Virus genome (UHGV): UHGV-0342951
From: a virus
DNA length: 61,726 nt
Strand: one strand, 5' to 3'
Part shown: positions 1-10,597 of the stretch, piece after piece
How positions within the stretch are numbered: position 1 is the first letter of the stretch
Layout: each line of letters starts with the position of its first letter
Made by a program: the position numbers and the translations under genes
The notes under the pieces: generated by a model
What the model saw: the letters and a program-made list of their open reading frames with translations, nothing else
What the model was told of the DNA's origin: nothing
The model's database searches: none

Positions 1-368
1 GAGCTTGCGTTCCAACTCGGCAATACGCTTTTCGAGTTTGTCCAGTGCTTCCTGAGAGGCAAACCCGATATGTCCGCTGCGGGCATAGTCGAGGTTGGAC
101 AGCATACGGTGGTCACTCGTGCCGGGAGGGCCGGGAGGGCCGGTAAGGCCCTGCTTGCCAGGGGAACCCGGTTCCCCCTTGGGCCCCACCTTACCGGTGT
201 TGCCAGTATTACCCTTGTCACCTTTCAGCGGGTCTCCCCACCGCAGGAGGCAAGGCGAAGAACTGTCGAAGATGAGGGCTTGTCCATCGACCCCACCGGG
301 CGGGATGCCGATGATGGGATTGACGGGGTAGCCTTCACCACAACTGTGGGGAATATTGTGCCGTGCCA
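1..368 (-). CDS. Collagen-like (Gly-X-Y) repeat tail fibre protein, N-terminal part; the 3' end lies beyond the window start
   Basis: Minus-strand translation from an ATG near 366-368 gives MARHNIPHSCGEGYPVNPIIGIPPGGVDG...GDKGNTGNTGKVGPKGEPGSPGKQGLTGPPGPPGTSDH...LDKLEKRIAELERKL (Gly-X-Y triplets then a coiled coil). It starts 1-2 nt after the stop of the upstream minus-strand gene. It is absent from the ORF track because it is open at the window edge. Confidence 0.5.
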
Positions 369-369
369 T

Positions 370-960
370 TTAGACCTCTTCGTCACAGGTCCCAAGCATG
401 AATTGTACCTGGGCCATGTCGATAATGTGTTCACTGCATCGAGGACCATAGTCTATATCGAACCGCGCCAGAACGCAAAACAGCGGCACGGGCGGCATAT
501 GCGCCGGAGAATGAATACTCAGGTCGGGAACGCAAGGAGAATCGGCAGGACGTGGCGCATCGCGCAGGTCACGAAGAACACGGAAGTCGAGCGGCTTGTC
601 GAGTGCCGGATGATACTGCAACACACCTGTGTAGCGTCCCCAAGGCAGTGTGCGGAATACATCGGGAACATGGAATTCCACCGTGCCGTCTTCTCCCCAG
701 GTGAATGCCCTGCATACGATGGGGGCGAAGTCAGGCGGTGCAGGATTCGCCACATCGACATCGACGCGATGACCCGGCCAGCAGCCGTGAAGATACCACG
801 GACTTCCGCCGGTGTGACAGCCGCAGGTGCAATCGCTGTCAACCTGTCCGGGCATGATTGTCAGTATGACATTGCGCCAGTCCTGTAAGATGCGATTGTT
901 GCGCCAGTCTTTGATGCGGATGCCGATACGGGCGACATCCTCGGTGAGCGACAGAATCAT
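370..960 (-). CDS. Hypothetical tail-associated protein (196 aa)
   Basis: ORF in the track; same orientation and tight packing with the flanking late genes. The overlapping plus ORF 70..888 is judged antisense. Confidence 0.5.
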   Translation of the reverse strand: MILSLTEDVARIGIRIKDWRNNRILQDWRNVILTIMPGQVDSDCTCGCHTGGSPWYLHGCWPGHRVDVDVANPAPPDFAPIVCRAFTWGEDGTVEFHVPDVFRTLPWGRYTGVLQYHPALDKPLDFRVLRDLRDAPRPADSPCVPDLSIHSPAHMPPVPLFCVLARFDIDYGPRCSEHIIDMAQVQFMLGTCDEEV

Positions 961-961
961 C

Positions 962-3900
962 CTAACCCCTTGTCCTGTAATAGTTCAACGAGTTCACGGC
1001 TGCATCGTATATGTTCGTGGATGAAAGTTCAAGGTTGGCGAACGCCGTTCGCAGTTCTTCCGAGTCTTCCATCGAGAGCCACCTGTCCTTGTATTCCTTG
1101 TTGAAGTCCATGCCGTTCTTCCGCAACGCTTTGTCGGTTTCCCAGATGAGCATATAGTCGGAAATCTCTTCCGAGGTGAAACCGATTTTTTCGAGCTGGG
1201 CCTGACGATAGGCTCTGGCGTCGACGCTGCGGTCAGGTGACGTTATCTTCACACCGGAACGTCGGATGCGGGATTCATATTCATCCTTGGCGTTGTAGTA
1301 CAAAATCTGGCTCGACTTCCCGGCATTCCCAAACCATGTGGATGTACCAAGTCCACGCAGCAGCGGGTGCATGTCACGGAATTCGGACATGCTCTGCGAC
1401 CCTTTGTAGAGGGCTTCGTTCTCGACAGCACCCATGACCATGCGCAGAGGACCGGTGAGGATACTCTTCGCCATGTAGCGCAGTTGTTCAGGAGCGAAGT
1501 CGATGCCGGTCTCGCTGTTGAGGCGTTTCGCCATGTTGTGCCAGATGACCGGGGTATTCGTTCGGCCCGTAGACGACAGCGCCGTCGTACCCTGGGAAGA
1601 CTCGCGGGTTATCTCTTGCCCGAAATACGACCGGTTGATGGCAACATCGACAAAGGGGCGCAGGGGCGGCGGGCAGAGAAACGCTGCCAGATAATCGGCA
1701 GGATGTTCCGTGAAGCGATAGTCGGGCCAGTTGCCCGGCATAGTGTTCTTGACCGTGAGGAACAGCGTATCGAAGGCCAGGTCTTGCGGAGACATGAGAC
1801 CGCTCGCCACACGTTCCTGACCAACGGACAGCATGGCCGCTATCTGCGGCAGACCAAAACCGACAGGGAAGCGGACGAAGTCTCCCTCAGACCCCATGCC
1901 GATGGGTATGCCGCGCACCAGCTCGGACAGCGACATGGCATCCATACGATACTTGCCATTCTCATCCCGGCCAAGGGATTCCCGGGCCAGCGGGTACAAC
2001 ATGGAATACGCCCCGTAGGCAGCCAGCAGGCCCATGTATCCACGCATCCCCTGTTTGATGATGTCACCTGGGGTACGCGCACCGAGACCCAAGGTGCGGG
2101 CCAGGGCCACACCAGACTCCACAGTGGGGACGACATAGGGAAACAGGACGCGAAGATACGGCGTCAGTTCACCACGATGGCTCAGGTTCATCATTTCCAG
2201 CACGCCACGGGCCGCACGACTTGCCGGTACTCCGGCTTCGCGCAGGGTGACGAACTGGGCAAAAGCACCCGCATTCTGGAAGAAGTCGTTCCAGTCATCC
2301 AGTACACGCATGACTTGGTTCTTCGACGTGCCGAGACTTCTCAGCCAGCGTGCTACGCTGGGGCCCCCATAACCGACGATGGCCTTCTCCAGCCGGGAAG
2401 AAGCATCCGGCAGTCCAGAGATGGTCCCGGATTCTTCGACCGGAGAACGCTGTCCCTGGATGTATTTCTGGAACAGACCGCCGCGACGGTATTCATCCAG
2501 ATATTGGTATATGGGATTCGCTTCGTCGAGCCTGCCCTGCATGATGTCCAGCAAGGCTTTGGATGTCCTCGGCGTGTTCGCCAGCACTTTCGCTGCCAGA
2601 GAGCTGCCTTTGATGCGAGTGCCGTCTTCAGCATAATAGTCACGATTCACCATGTTGGATGCACGTTCCATCACATCGCGAGAACCGGACAACGGAGCGA
2701 ATAGAGGCGAGAACCGCGTATTGAGCTGGCTGACAAGACTGGTGAAACGCCCGGCAGCTTCGACCGGCAACCCGGCGCTGCCAAGCTTGTAATCACTGGA
2801 CATGGCATTGTTGAGCATTTCACCGGTGAGACCGGATTCCACATGGGACCACTTGGGGTCGAAGCGAAGGTAACGCCTTTTGATAACAGTCTCACCGTCA
2901 GCAATAGGCGTAGGTACATCTGCCACGATACCACCCCCGGTAAGGAGCTGGTCAGCGATGGCGCGCTGCTTGGGGTTCGTGCTGTGAGACATCCGCATGA
3001 GGGAGGCGTAGTCGTAGGTCTTGATACCAGAAGCGTCGATAGCGCCGGTCTCCAGTAGATGGTCAGCAACGGCGAACATGTTCACAGCAAACTCACGGGA
3101 ACCGACTTCGGTCGCCGCCCGGTTGATATAGAAGAACAGCGTGTCATACGCGCTGTCAGGACGGGACGACCGACCCTGGATGGCGTAGTACGACCCGGGG
3201 TTGTATGCCGTGCTGTCGTTCGATACACCGAGCAGGTTGCTTTCACGGGTTCTGATAGCGACGTAATGCTCGAACCCGGGGAAGCTGTCCAACACTTCTC
3301 GCGAGACGACACCAGCCTTGACGCGCTCTTCCAGCACCATGTCGAAAAGACCGGAGATACCATCAGCGATGGTGTCGGCTTCTTCTTTGGAAAGACCGGT
3401 CTCTCGCAGGATGCGGTCCATCTCGAACTGCGCCTCTCCGTTGGTATAACCTGCGGACACGAGGTCTTCGGGGAGGTCGGTAGTTTCGTCGATGAAGTCT
3501 TCGAGCTGTTCGATGTTGCGCTCCAGCTCCATCAGACGCTTCTTGTCCCTGCCGTTCATATCAGGGCCCTTGCTCACGATGTCTTCAGCTTCATCCATCC
3601 AGCGCCCGAGCAGCAAATCGTTGGTCTCCGGGATGTGCCTGCACACAGCGTAGTGGCCCATAACACGAGCAAGGTCTTCCAGGCTGCCCGTCCAACCTAT
3701 ACGACGGGCAACAGGTTCGAGCGATTGTGTGAAGCTCGCGACACGGTCGCGCATGAGCAGATTCAGTGCGCGTACTTTCTGAGGCGTCTGGTCAAAGATG
3801 CGCCAGAGAGTGTTCTCGTTCGTCGGGCGGTTGGCCTGGTCAGCAAAGAGTCTGGCCCACTTGGCGAAGCCACCGCGAATGTTCACGAACTTCGTGTAGA

Positions 3901-4303
3901 TACCATTCTGGAAGTTCAACCACCACGAGGCAGCACCAAGACTGGTGTTCGTCGCCATGCGAACGGCTTCATCGAATTCTTCGTTACGCCTGGACACGGC
4001 TTCATCAACCAGTTCTTTCATGCGCGCCATGCGGGCGGCTGCTTTGCGAGCAGCCGCCTGGTCGGAAGCGCTGGGTTCTTCCGCCGTGTATTGGGTAACA
4101 CGAGAAAGCTCATCGAAAGACGCATAGATGTCTTCACGTTCACGCTGCTCTCGTGCCGCATGGAGTGCTTCATCGCCAGCAGGGTTTCCTGCACTATCCA
4201 TACGGGAAGCCTGCTGCGGGCCGAAACCCGTGGGGTTATCAAGTCCGGCCCGCAGGAACTCGGTATCGTTGGGACATTCAGCCATGTCTGTTATCCTCAG
4301 CAC
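962..4303 (-). CDS. Large virion protein (1113 aa), function unknown; possibly an ejection or internal virion protein
   Basis: Long uninterrupted ORF that overlaps the upstream 1221-aa gene by 7 nt (operon-like). No catalytic motif recognised. Confidence 0.7.
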   Translation of the reverse strand: MLRITDMAECPNDTEFLRAGLDNPTGFGPQQASRMDSAGNPAGDEALHAAREQREREDIYASFDELSRVTQYTAEEPSASDQAAARKAAARMARMKELVDEAVSRRNEEFDEAVRMATNTSLGAASWWLNFQNGIYTKFVNIRGGFAKWARLFADQANRPTNENTLWRIFDQTPQKVRALNLLMRDRVASFTQSLEPVARRIGWTGSLEDLARVMGHYAVCRHIPETNDLLLGRWMDEAEDIVSKGPDMNGRDKKRLMELERNIEQLEDFIDETTDLPEDLVSAGYTNGEAQFEMDRILRETGLSKEEADTIADGISGLFDMVLEERVKAGVVSREVLDSFPGFEHYVAIRTRESNLLGVSNDSTAYNPGSYYAIQGRSSRPDSAYDTLFFYINRAATEVGSREFAVNMFAVADHLLETGAIDASGIKTYDYASLMRMSHSTNPKQRAIADQLLTGGGIVADVPTPIADGETVIKRRYLRFDPKWSHVESGLTGEMLNNAMSSDYKLGSAGLPVEAAGRFTSLVSQLNTRFSPLFAPLSGSRDVMERASNMVNRDYYAEDGTRIKGSSLAAKVLANTPRTSKALLDIMQGRLDEANPIYQYLDEYRRGGLFQKYIQGQRSPVEESGTISGLPDASSRLEKAIVGYGGPSVARWLRSLGTSKNQVMRVLDDWNDFFQNAGAFAQFVTLREAGVPASRAARGVLEMMNLSHRGELTPYLRVLFPYVVPTVESGVALARTLGLGARTPGDIIKQGMRGYMGLLAAYGAYSMLYPLARESLGRDENGKYRMDAMSLSELVRGIPIGMGSEGDFVRFPVGFGLPQIAAMLSVGQERVASGLMSPQDLAFDTLFLTVKNTMPGNWPDYRFTEHPADYLAAFLCPPPLRPFVDVAINRSYFGQEITRESSQGTTALSSTGRTNTPVIWHNMAKRLNSETGIDFAPEQLRYMAKSILTGPLRMVMGAVENEALYKGSQSMSEFRDMHPLLRGLGTSTWFGNAGKSSQILYYNAKDEYESRIRRSGVKITSPDRSVDARAYRQAQLEKIGFTSEEISDYMLIWETDKALRKNGMDFNKEYKDRWLSMEDSEELRTAFANLELSSTNIYDAAVNSLNYYRTRG

Positions 4304-7300
4304 TTCCGTGCGCGTTTGGTGACTTTCTTGACAGCTTCAGCCGTGGTCAGGGAACTGTCTGTCTTGTTGACATTGAAGCCCAGGTCATGTGCCATGGACT
4401 TCCAGTTGGACTGGATGTCGGCAAAGTCCCGCGTGTCGATGGACGGCAGGTCTGCATTTTTACGCAGATAGTTGAGGGCCTGGACTTCTTTGTCTGTCAG
4501 CTTGAGCCTGGGATTCGCTTCCTTGGTCAACAGGCGCAGGACTTTGCCGTACCCCATGTTGATGTCGAGCTTGGGAGAGTTGAAGGCGTCTTGCATGACC
4601 TGCTCAGGGATTTCACGGATAAAATCAGTGATGTCTCCCAGAGATACGGGGTCAGCTTCCAGCGCTTCCAGATTGGCGGCTTCCTTGGCGGCCACGGCCT
4701 GCGCTTTCTCTGCTCGCTGCATGGCGTCCAGGATACCGGCTTGCGCCGCTTCCTTCGGGTACTGCTCGATAAGCGGTTGGAGAGCATCGCGGGCTTCCTT
4801 CGTCGTCGAAGCATTCAGAGCCTTCGATGCCTGCGTGAAATAATCGGGAACCGGAGGTGTCTCGATGGTCCCCAATACCGCATCCAAGTCATCATTGATG
4901 TAAGGAGATTCACCTCCGCGCTGTCTGGCGTACCATCCTAACGTGGATGTCCCTGTAGAATGTCTGTCACCATGACGATGTATCGGAGCAGCTTTGGATA
5001 TAGCATAGAACTTCTCCGCGTCGCCTAGAGAATCCAGCAGAGCTTTACCCAACATCAGGTCGTCGAAGAGCGCAGCACTGGAGGTAGCGTTCAAATCTAC
5101 CCGGGAGAAATCCAGCTTTCCGTAAGGATTTACTCGGTCCCTGCCGGGAGCCGCAGCCCTGGAGCGTTTGTTGCTGCCAGTGTTTGCTGCATCCCCACCA
5201 TCGCTCTTCCCTGCGCTTCGCGCAGTCCGAGGGCTTCCTGCGCTCTCACCTGTTGTTGCAGGCTGCGCGGCTGCATCGCCAACACTTCGTTCTCCGTCGG
5301 CTGGCGCGGCTTTTCGAGCCCTCTTGCGGACAACAACTCCCGCATCCGGCGCAACCGTTCCGGCAATCTGTGCCGGGGTCCCATCATTCCCTCGTTTTGC
5401 AACCGGCGAACCGCCATCAACAGCTTGTGCAAGAGCGGCAGGGGCAACGGTTCCAGCATCGGGCGCGGCACCGGGTTCCCTTGCAACAGCAGCAGCAACA
5501 CTTTCTGCAACAGGTCGGTTCGTTGCGTTTTGTCCATCATTTCCCACGACGGCAGCTTGTTTGCTTCGGCTGCCTCTTTTACCGGGTCGTGTCGGTTTTG
5601 CACCATTGGTGGTGTCCTCCTGGGAAAGTTCTGCGGCCAGTTTGGCAGCACTGTCTCGCAGCGTATTCGGCCCAAGCTGCTGCTCGAACCAGGGAGAAAG
5701 CTCCGCATAGTTGGCGGGGTTCAGCTCATCAATACGGGCCCAGACCTGCACGCGTTCAGGTTCCGTCAGACTGTTTCCGAACCGTCCGACATAGTCCTGG
5801 ATAGCCTTGATGTCGGCATTGGGGAGGAAATCCTTCAATGTCTGACGGGCAGGCTCGGCCACGGGCTGCTGCACAGGTTCGGCCACAGGCTGCTGCACAG
5901 GTTCGGCCACAGGCTGCTGCTGCACAGGTTCGGCCACAGGCTGCTGCTGCACAGGTTCGGCCACGGGCTGCTGCACAGTCTCTGCCACAGGCTCGGCTAC
6001 AGGTTCGGCTTCGGTCTGACGTACCTTCGCAGGTGCGGGTTGTCCCGTTGCATTGGGGGGTTCAGCAGCGACATGATCGGGCGTGATGAGACGGTCGTTG
6101 AAAAGGTCGCTGAGGTATGTTTCATCATTGAGGCGCTTCGCCACTTCCTGAACGATTTGACGTTCGCGCCGCGACTTGAAAATATTGTTGAAGCCCGGCA
6201 ACGAGATGCGGCTGTTGACTTCGGTCCTGAGCTGTTCAACAGACATACCGGTGAATTTCAACAGACCGTTGATGTAGTCTCCGATATAGAGGTCGTTGCG
6301 GAATTTTGCACTGGCCTTTGCGTCAGCCTTGTCATTGGGGTGTACTGTGGCGAAGTTGTCCGCAGGCGCACTCTTGTCGGTGAACATCGCTCGAAGCATA
6401 CTTGCAACATCATCGCTGATGCCGATGTAACGCTTGTTGCGCCCCGTGTAAGGTTTGAACGCGGACGAACCCGCCGTCTGCGCTGCGGAGGCGTTTGCCG
6501 CTTCGGCGGCATTGGAGACAACCGCACCATCAGAACCCGACGGACCGATGGGTTCGACAGGGGATGCGACAGAATCCGCAGCATCGGCAGGAGGCTGCGT
6601 TGTGTCCGTCGTCCGTTCGACGGAACGCCGTGCTGTGGCCGGAGCGGCATTGAACGGGGCGAACGGCACGCCGGTCACAGCACCGGCGAGAGCCGCATCC
6701 ATGACGTACTCGGACAAGGGCGTATCAAGACCCGTAGTCTGGTTGAAGACCATGTTCTCACCGAACTGCTGCCCGGCATTCATCATGGCGCCTTCAAGCA
6801 TGGAAGCAGGAAGGGCACGCACCGAACGGGCCAAAAGCCCCTGCGATGCGGCATCCGTACCTGCGTTAGCCAGCCGTTGCATGGCGCCACCGCCGATACC
6901 TCGCTGGGCCAAAGCAGCCGCACCACGAGAGATAGGCGCCAAGGCGCTGCGGGCGAAGACGCCACCAGGAAGCGCATTCGCAGCAAACCCGGTCAGACCG
7001 GCACTGGCAGAGCCCGCCTCGATAGCCTGCGTCTGCTGCTGGTCACTGAGGTTCTGGTCATTCACCACACGTCGCGTGTAGCTCCCGACACCCGTCGGGA
7101 CACCAGCGAGACCGCCAAGAACAGCACCACCCACAGCCCCGCCAAGGGCCCCGGGAAGACCAAGTGCGGCGCCCAGAGCACTACCAGTCTTGGCGCCGAC
7201 GACAGCACCAGCAAGACCGGCGCCAAGGTCGCCGATGGTATCGGCCATAGTATCGAGAGGATTGGTAACGACATGCGTGAGCGTACCAAGACGGCCTTCA

Positions 7301-7962
7301 GCGCGCAGACGTTCCTGCTCCTGCCAGTAAGGGTTGGCAGCGATAGCTTGCTGCCTACGTTCTTCACCGCGTTTGGCGATGAGCTTCTTTTCTTCAGCAG
7401 AAGCCCCCAGCATATCGAGGTTGTCACCGAAGGTGGAGATACCTTCCTTGACACGGGAGAAGAGCGAACCCCAATCGTTATCTTCGATAGCGCGCAACTG
7501 CTGCCTTCGTGCCGCTTCGTGTTCGGCCAGACCTTCGCGTATGAGTGCCGCAGCAGGAATTTTGAGCGTCTTCTCGAGGCGAGGAATGTCCTCTTTGCGA
7601 ATGGATTCGAGGACTTCTGCCTGTCCTTCAGTAGACAGCTCAGGAAGATTGGCAAGTTTTTTGGATACGGCAGGGTCGTTCGACAAAGCAAACTTCGCCC
7701 TGTCGTTGGTCATGGCCTCGAAGTTTCTGGTAGCCAGTTTTTCTGTGCCACCATAGACAGGTTCATAGATGGGGTTCCCCTGTTCATCGAGACCACGGTA
7801 AATGTGATACACCTTACCAGCGCCGCGTCCCCCTCCCGCACCGCCACCACGCTGTCCACGAGCCAGCGCAGAATACAGCAAAGACAGGGAGCGCAGATTC
7901 TGTGTGTAATCAGGTGCTTCAAAAGGACGTATGTTGATGGTGGGGAGGGAAAACTGCGGCAT
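4297..7962 (-). CDS. Large virion protein (1221 aa) with Gly/Ala-rich hydrophobic segments and PVAEPVQQ repeats; tape-measure or ejection-protein-like
   Basis: Long ORF containing AGLAGAVVGAKTGSALGAALGLPGALGGAVGGAVLGGLAGV-type Gly-zipper stretches and a tandem PVAEPVQQ low-complexity block. Confidence 0.7.
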   Translation of the reverse strand: MPQFSLPTINIRPFEAPDYTQNLRSLSLLYSALARGQRGGGAGGGRGAGKVYHIYRGLDEQGNPIYEPVYGGTEKLATRNFEAMTNDRAKFALSNDPAVSKKLANLPELSTEGQAEVLESIRKEDIPRLEKTLKIPAAALIREGLAEHEAARRQQLRAIEDNDWGSLFSRVKEGISTFGDNLDMLGASAEEKKLIAKRGEERRQQAIAANPYWQEQERLRAEGRLGTLTHVVTNPLDTMADTIGDLGAGLAGAVVGAKTGSALGAALGLPGALGGAVGGAVLGGLAGVPTGVGSYTRRVVNDQNLSDQQQTQAIEAGSASAGLTGFAANALPGGVFARSALAPISRGAAALAQRGIGGGAMQRLANAGTDAASQGLLARSVRALPASMLEGAMMNAGQQFGENMVFNQTTGLDTPLSEYVMDAALAGAVTGVPFAPFNAAPATARRSVERTTDTTQPPADAADSVASPVEPIGPSGSDGAVVSNAAEAANASAAQTAGSSAFKPYTGRNKRYIGISDDVASMLRAMFTDKSAPADNFATVHPNDKADAKASAKFRNDLYIGDYINGLLKFTGMSVEQLRTEVNSRISLPGFNNIFKSRRERQIVQEVAKRLNDETYLSDLFNDRLITPDHVAAEPPNATGQPAPAKVRQTEAEPVAEPVAETVQQPVAEPVQQQPVAEPVQQQPVAEPVQQPVAEPVQQPVAEPARQTLKDFLPNADIKAIQDYVGRFGNSLTEPERVQVWARIDELNPANYAELSPWFEQQLGPNTLRDSAAKLAAELSQEDTTNGAKPTRPGKRGSRSKQAAVVGNDGQNATNRPVAESVAAAVAREPGAAPDAGTVAPAALAQAVDGGSPVAKRGNDGTPAQIAGTVAPDAGVVVRKRARKAAPADGERSVGDAAAQPATTGESAGSPRTARSAGKSDGGDAANTGSNKRSRAAAPGRDRVNPYGKLDFSRVDLNATSSAALFDDLMLGKALLDSLGDAEKFYAISKAAPIHRHGDRHSTGTSTLGWYARQRGGESPYINDDLDAVLGTIETPPVPDYFTQASKALNASTTKEARDALQPLIEQYPKEAAQAGILDAMQRAEKAQAVAAKEAANLEALEADPVSLGDITDFIREIPEQVMQDAFNSPKLDINMGYGKVLRLLTKEANPRLKLTDKEVQALNYLRKNADLPSIDTRDFADIQSNWKSMAHDLGFNVNKTDSSLTTAEAVKKVTKRARKC

Positions 7963-7967
7963 GATGT

Positions 7968-8192
7968 TTACTCCAGGGTAACGGCTTCGATGATGCGACG
8001 CAAATCAGCATCATAAGGAGAGACATCACCAGAGACGACACTTTTGGATGTGCTGTCTTGACCAAGCTCACGCAAAGCCGATTCGAGCATATACATATTC
8101 TGGTGGTACTGTTCGTCGTCCATGAACTGCGTCTTATCGACAGTAGACGCACCGGACTCAGCACCCTTGATGGTATCCAAAAGCATACTCAT
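7968..8192 (-). CDS. Hypothetical small protein (74 aa)
   Basis: ORF in the track, packed between minus-strand late genes. Confidence 0.4.
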   Translation of the reverse strand: MSMLLDTIKGAESGASTVDKTQFMDDEQYHQNMYMLESALRELGQDSTSKSVVSGDVSPYDADLRRIIEAVTLE

Positions 8193-8202
8193 GGTCTAGT
8201 CC

Positions 8203-9180
8203 TTACTGTGCCACCGTGGGCGCAACCTGTGTCTGCTGCGGCTGCCGGATGTAGTCCTTACCGGACAGGAGAGCGGCGAGCAGGGCAGGCAACTGCATGT
8301 AGGGCGGGAGCTGGTCGATGTCAGCCGCTACACGGCCCCAGGTGGCAGCAGTGGAATTGGGGTCATAGGTGGGCCCAAGCCGCTGACCAAGCTCCCGGGC
8401 CGAAGGCAAGCCGCCAAGAACCTGCGCTGTGCGCGGGTCTCTGGCAAGGGCCATAGCCTGCGACATGATTTCACCTTCATCATAGGACATGTCAATAGGA
8501 CGGTCAGGATACACCACCGTCTCGACAGGCGCAGGCTGGGCAGGTGCCGGAGCCGTAGCACGCACTTCTTCTTTGAGCGGGAAGGGACCTTCCCCGGAGA
8601 GTTTGAGGCCGCGACTCTGAACAGGTGCGGCAGGTGCGGCAGGGGTGGTGCGTCGGACAGGGGCCGCAGGAGCAGCACGACGAACCGGCGTGGTAGCCTG
8701 CTGGAGCGCGGGACCGGCAGGCACCTGCATGAACGGCATGATACCGGGCATCTCTCGCACCATGGGGTCGGTGACAGCACCGTTCACCACATGCGGATAC
8801 TGCGACGGGAACCCGACCAACGGTTGGACGCCAACATTGCCGTAGGGGTCCATAGTGGTGCGAAAAGCTGCCGTAGCATACGGGCTACTCTGATACATCA
8901 CCGGGGGCATACCGGCGGCCTCATATCCGGCACGCGCACCGGGGGCAGAGTAGTGCGCCCCGGATGCCTGAGTGGCAACCATGCCGGGGACAGGGGCGGC
9001 AACATAACCACCAGCAGGGGGCGCAACTTGTGCGACTCTGTTGGCAAGCTGCATAGCAGGATGGTCAGCAGGAAGGTACCATTCCTGCGCCCCCATGACG
9101 TTGTTGAGATGTTCTTCGGAGATGGCCTGTGCGCGGGCTTCCGCCAGGGCGCGAGCGATAGCAGGGTCAACAGTAGGCAT
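8203..9180 (-). CDS. Hypothetical virion protein (325 aa) with a Pro/Ala-rich linker
   Basis: ORF in the track; same strand and tight spacing. Confidence 0.55.
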   Translation of the reverse strand: MPTVDPAIARALAEARAQAISEEHLNNVMGAQEWYLPADHPAMQLANRVAQVAPPAGGYVAAPVPGMVATQASGAHYSAPGARAGYEAAGMPPVMYQSSPYATAAFRTTMDPYGNVGVQPLVGFPSQYPHVVNGAVTDPMVREMPGIMPFMQVPAGPALQQATTPVRRAAPAAPVRRTTPAAPAAPVQSRGLKLSGEGPFPLKEEVRATAPAPAQPAPVETVVYPDRPIDMSYDEGEIMSQAMALARDPRTAQVLGGLPSARELGQRLGPTYDPNSTAATWGRVAADIDQLPPYMQLPALLAALLSGKDYIRQPQQTQVAPTVAQ

Positions 9181-9191
9181 ACTGGAACTCC

Positions 9192-9671
9192 TTACATGGA
9201 AGAGGGATTAGTCTGCAAAGGGGCTGCACCGCCGAGACCGCCACCGAGCAGGGCGCGATACAAGGCGATGTCCATGGGATTCAACCCGCCGCCAGCAGCC
9301 CCGGCACCGGCCAGCATACCCGGCATCTGCCGGTACATCCCGGCGAGCATCTGCTGTTCGAGCTGTGCGTTTTGCGGTGCATACAGACTGGCGTAGTAGT
9401 TGCGGGCCATGAGGGCCGGATGCAGCATCCAGTTCTGTGCCGTGGTCATGCGATTGTTCAGTACGCCAAGCCCCGAATTACGGGCAGCGTCATAGACGAT
9501 TTGCATTCGGGGATTGAACGTCTGTTCGGTGAAGGCATTCTCGAGTTGCCCTGCCTGCACCTTGTTGTACTGGTTCAAGTCGTTCCAGTTGTCTTGCACA
9601 GCCATCCGTTCCCCTTCGACGAAACCGGGAAGGGCACGTCCGATGGCGGCAAAAAGATTACCAAAGTCCAT
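9192..9671 (-). CDS. Hypothetical Gly-rich virion protein (159 aa)
   Basis: ORF in the track; GGGLNP...LGGGLGGAAP glycine-rich C-terminal part. Confidence 0.5.
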   Translation of the reverse strand: MDFGNLFAAIGRALPGFVEGERMAVQDNWNDLNQYNKVQAGQLENAFTEQTFNPRMQIVYDAARNSGLGVLNNRMTTAQNWMLHPALMARNYYASLYAPQNAQLEQQMLAGMYRQMPGMLAGAGAAGGGLNPMDIALYRALLGGGLGGAAPLQTNPSSM

Positions 9672-9682
9672 ATGTCATGCTC

Positions 9683-10591
9683 CTATATAGCAAGTCCGCC
9701 ACCGGCGGCGGCAGGATTTGTGGCACCGGCAGCGAGTGAGACGATGCCGCCACTTTGACCGTTAGTGCCCAGGTACGTCGTCGAATACACCGTATCGAAC
9801 CTGGCTCCGTAATACCCCAACGCCATGCCGATACTGCCGAATGCCTTGTTGGCGATACCTGATACGTCGTTCATCAGTGAACGTGCCACATCCCCATATT
9901 TCATGGCCATCGACCCCAGGTTGCGTCCTAGGTTGAGGACGTTCCCGCGCCGGTTCCAGCGCTGGTCGTTCTTGAAGTCCATGAACCAGGTGTCGTCGCG
10001 CAGGTTGTAGTTTTCGGTATCCGCCAGCATGAGACTGCGCCCGAACGCTATGCGCGACAGCAACGAAGGGTCTATGCACAGATGTTCTGCCTTGGCCTTC
10101 CGGGAAAGGGCTTCGCCGATGATGTCATAGGCGCTGTTCACGGCGACTTCCGCCCGGGCCCTGTCATCGGCACAATTCATCTCCTTGATGGGCACCGTGG
10201 ATACTTCATGCAGCAGCTTCTCTTCAAGCGGGCGGTACCTCTTGTCAAACCTGTCCCACTTATATTTTGCCTGCTGATAATAACCTTCAGCAAGGTCCTG
10301 CTGCTTGTCGGCAATCTGTCCCTGGATGGTGGCGTTCAACGTAGCGATGGCTATCTGTGCCGCCTTGAAGAAATTGGACCAGGCGTTTTCACCAACAGGA
10401 CCGTATTCCGGTGCGGCCCAATGACAAAACCGCAACGCGTCCATGACACCCTGCTTGCCGCCATGCCCGGCACCATGCAATGTCTTGTCGATGCGTTCTC
10501 CGGCCTTGTCGATACTCTTCGACACCTTGCTCGATGCCTGGTTGATGGCGTTGGCGACAGCCTGGGGGTTGGCACATGTACACTGCGCCAT
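9683..10591 (-). CDS. Hypothetical virion protein (302 aa)
   Basis: ORF in the track; operon context. Confidence 0.55.
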   Translation of the reverse strand: MAQCTCANPQAVANAINQASSKVSKSIDKAGERIDKTLHGAGHGGKQGVMDALRFCHWAAPEYGPVGENAWSNFFKAAQIAIATLNATIQGQIADKQQDLAEGYYQQAKYKWDRFDKRYRPLEEKLLHEVSTVPIKEMNCADDRARAEVAVNSAYDIIGEALSRKAKAEHLCIDPSLLSRIAFGRSLMLADTENYNLRDDTWFMDFKNDQRWNRRGNVLNLGRNLGSMAMKYGDVARSLMNDVSGIANKAFGSIGMALGYYGARFDTVYSTTYLGTNGQSGGIVSLAAGATNPAAAGGGLAI

Positions 10592-10597
10592 AATCTG

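Noticed and set aside
70-888. 272-aa plus-strand ORF
   Set aside because: It is antisense to the minus-strand collagen-like fibre and the 196-aa gene, which fit the operon orientation and spacing. It is a high-GC antisense artefact.
1367-8016. Long plus-strand ORFs 1367..2704, 3059..4471, 4153..4941 and 5425..8016
   Set aside because: They are antisense to the 1113-aa and 1221-aa genes. They have low-complexity Arg/Gly/His-rich translations and no RBS or operon logic.
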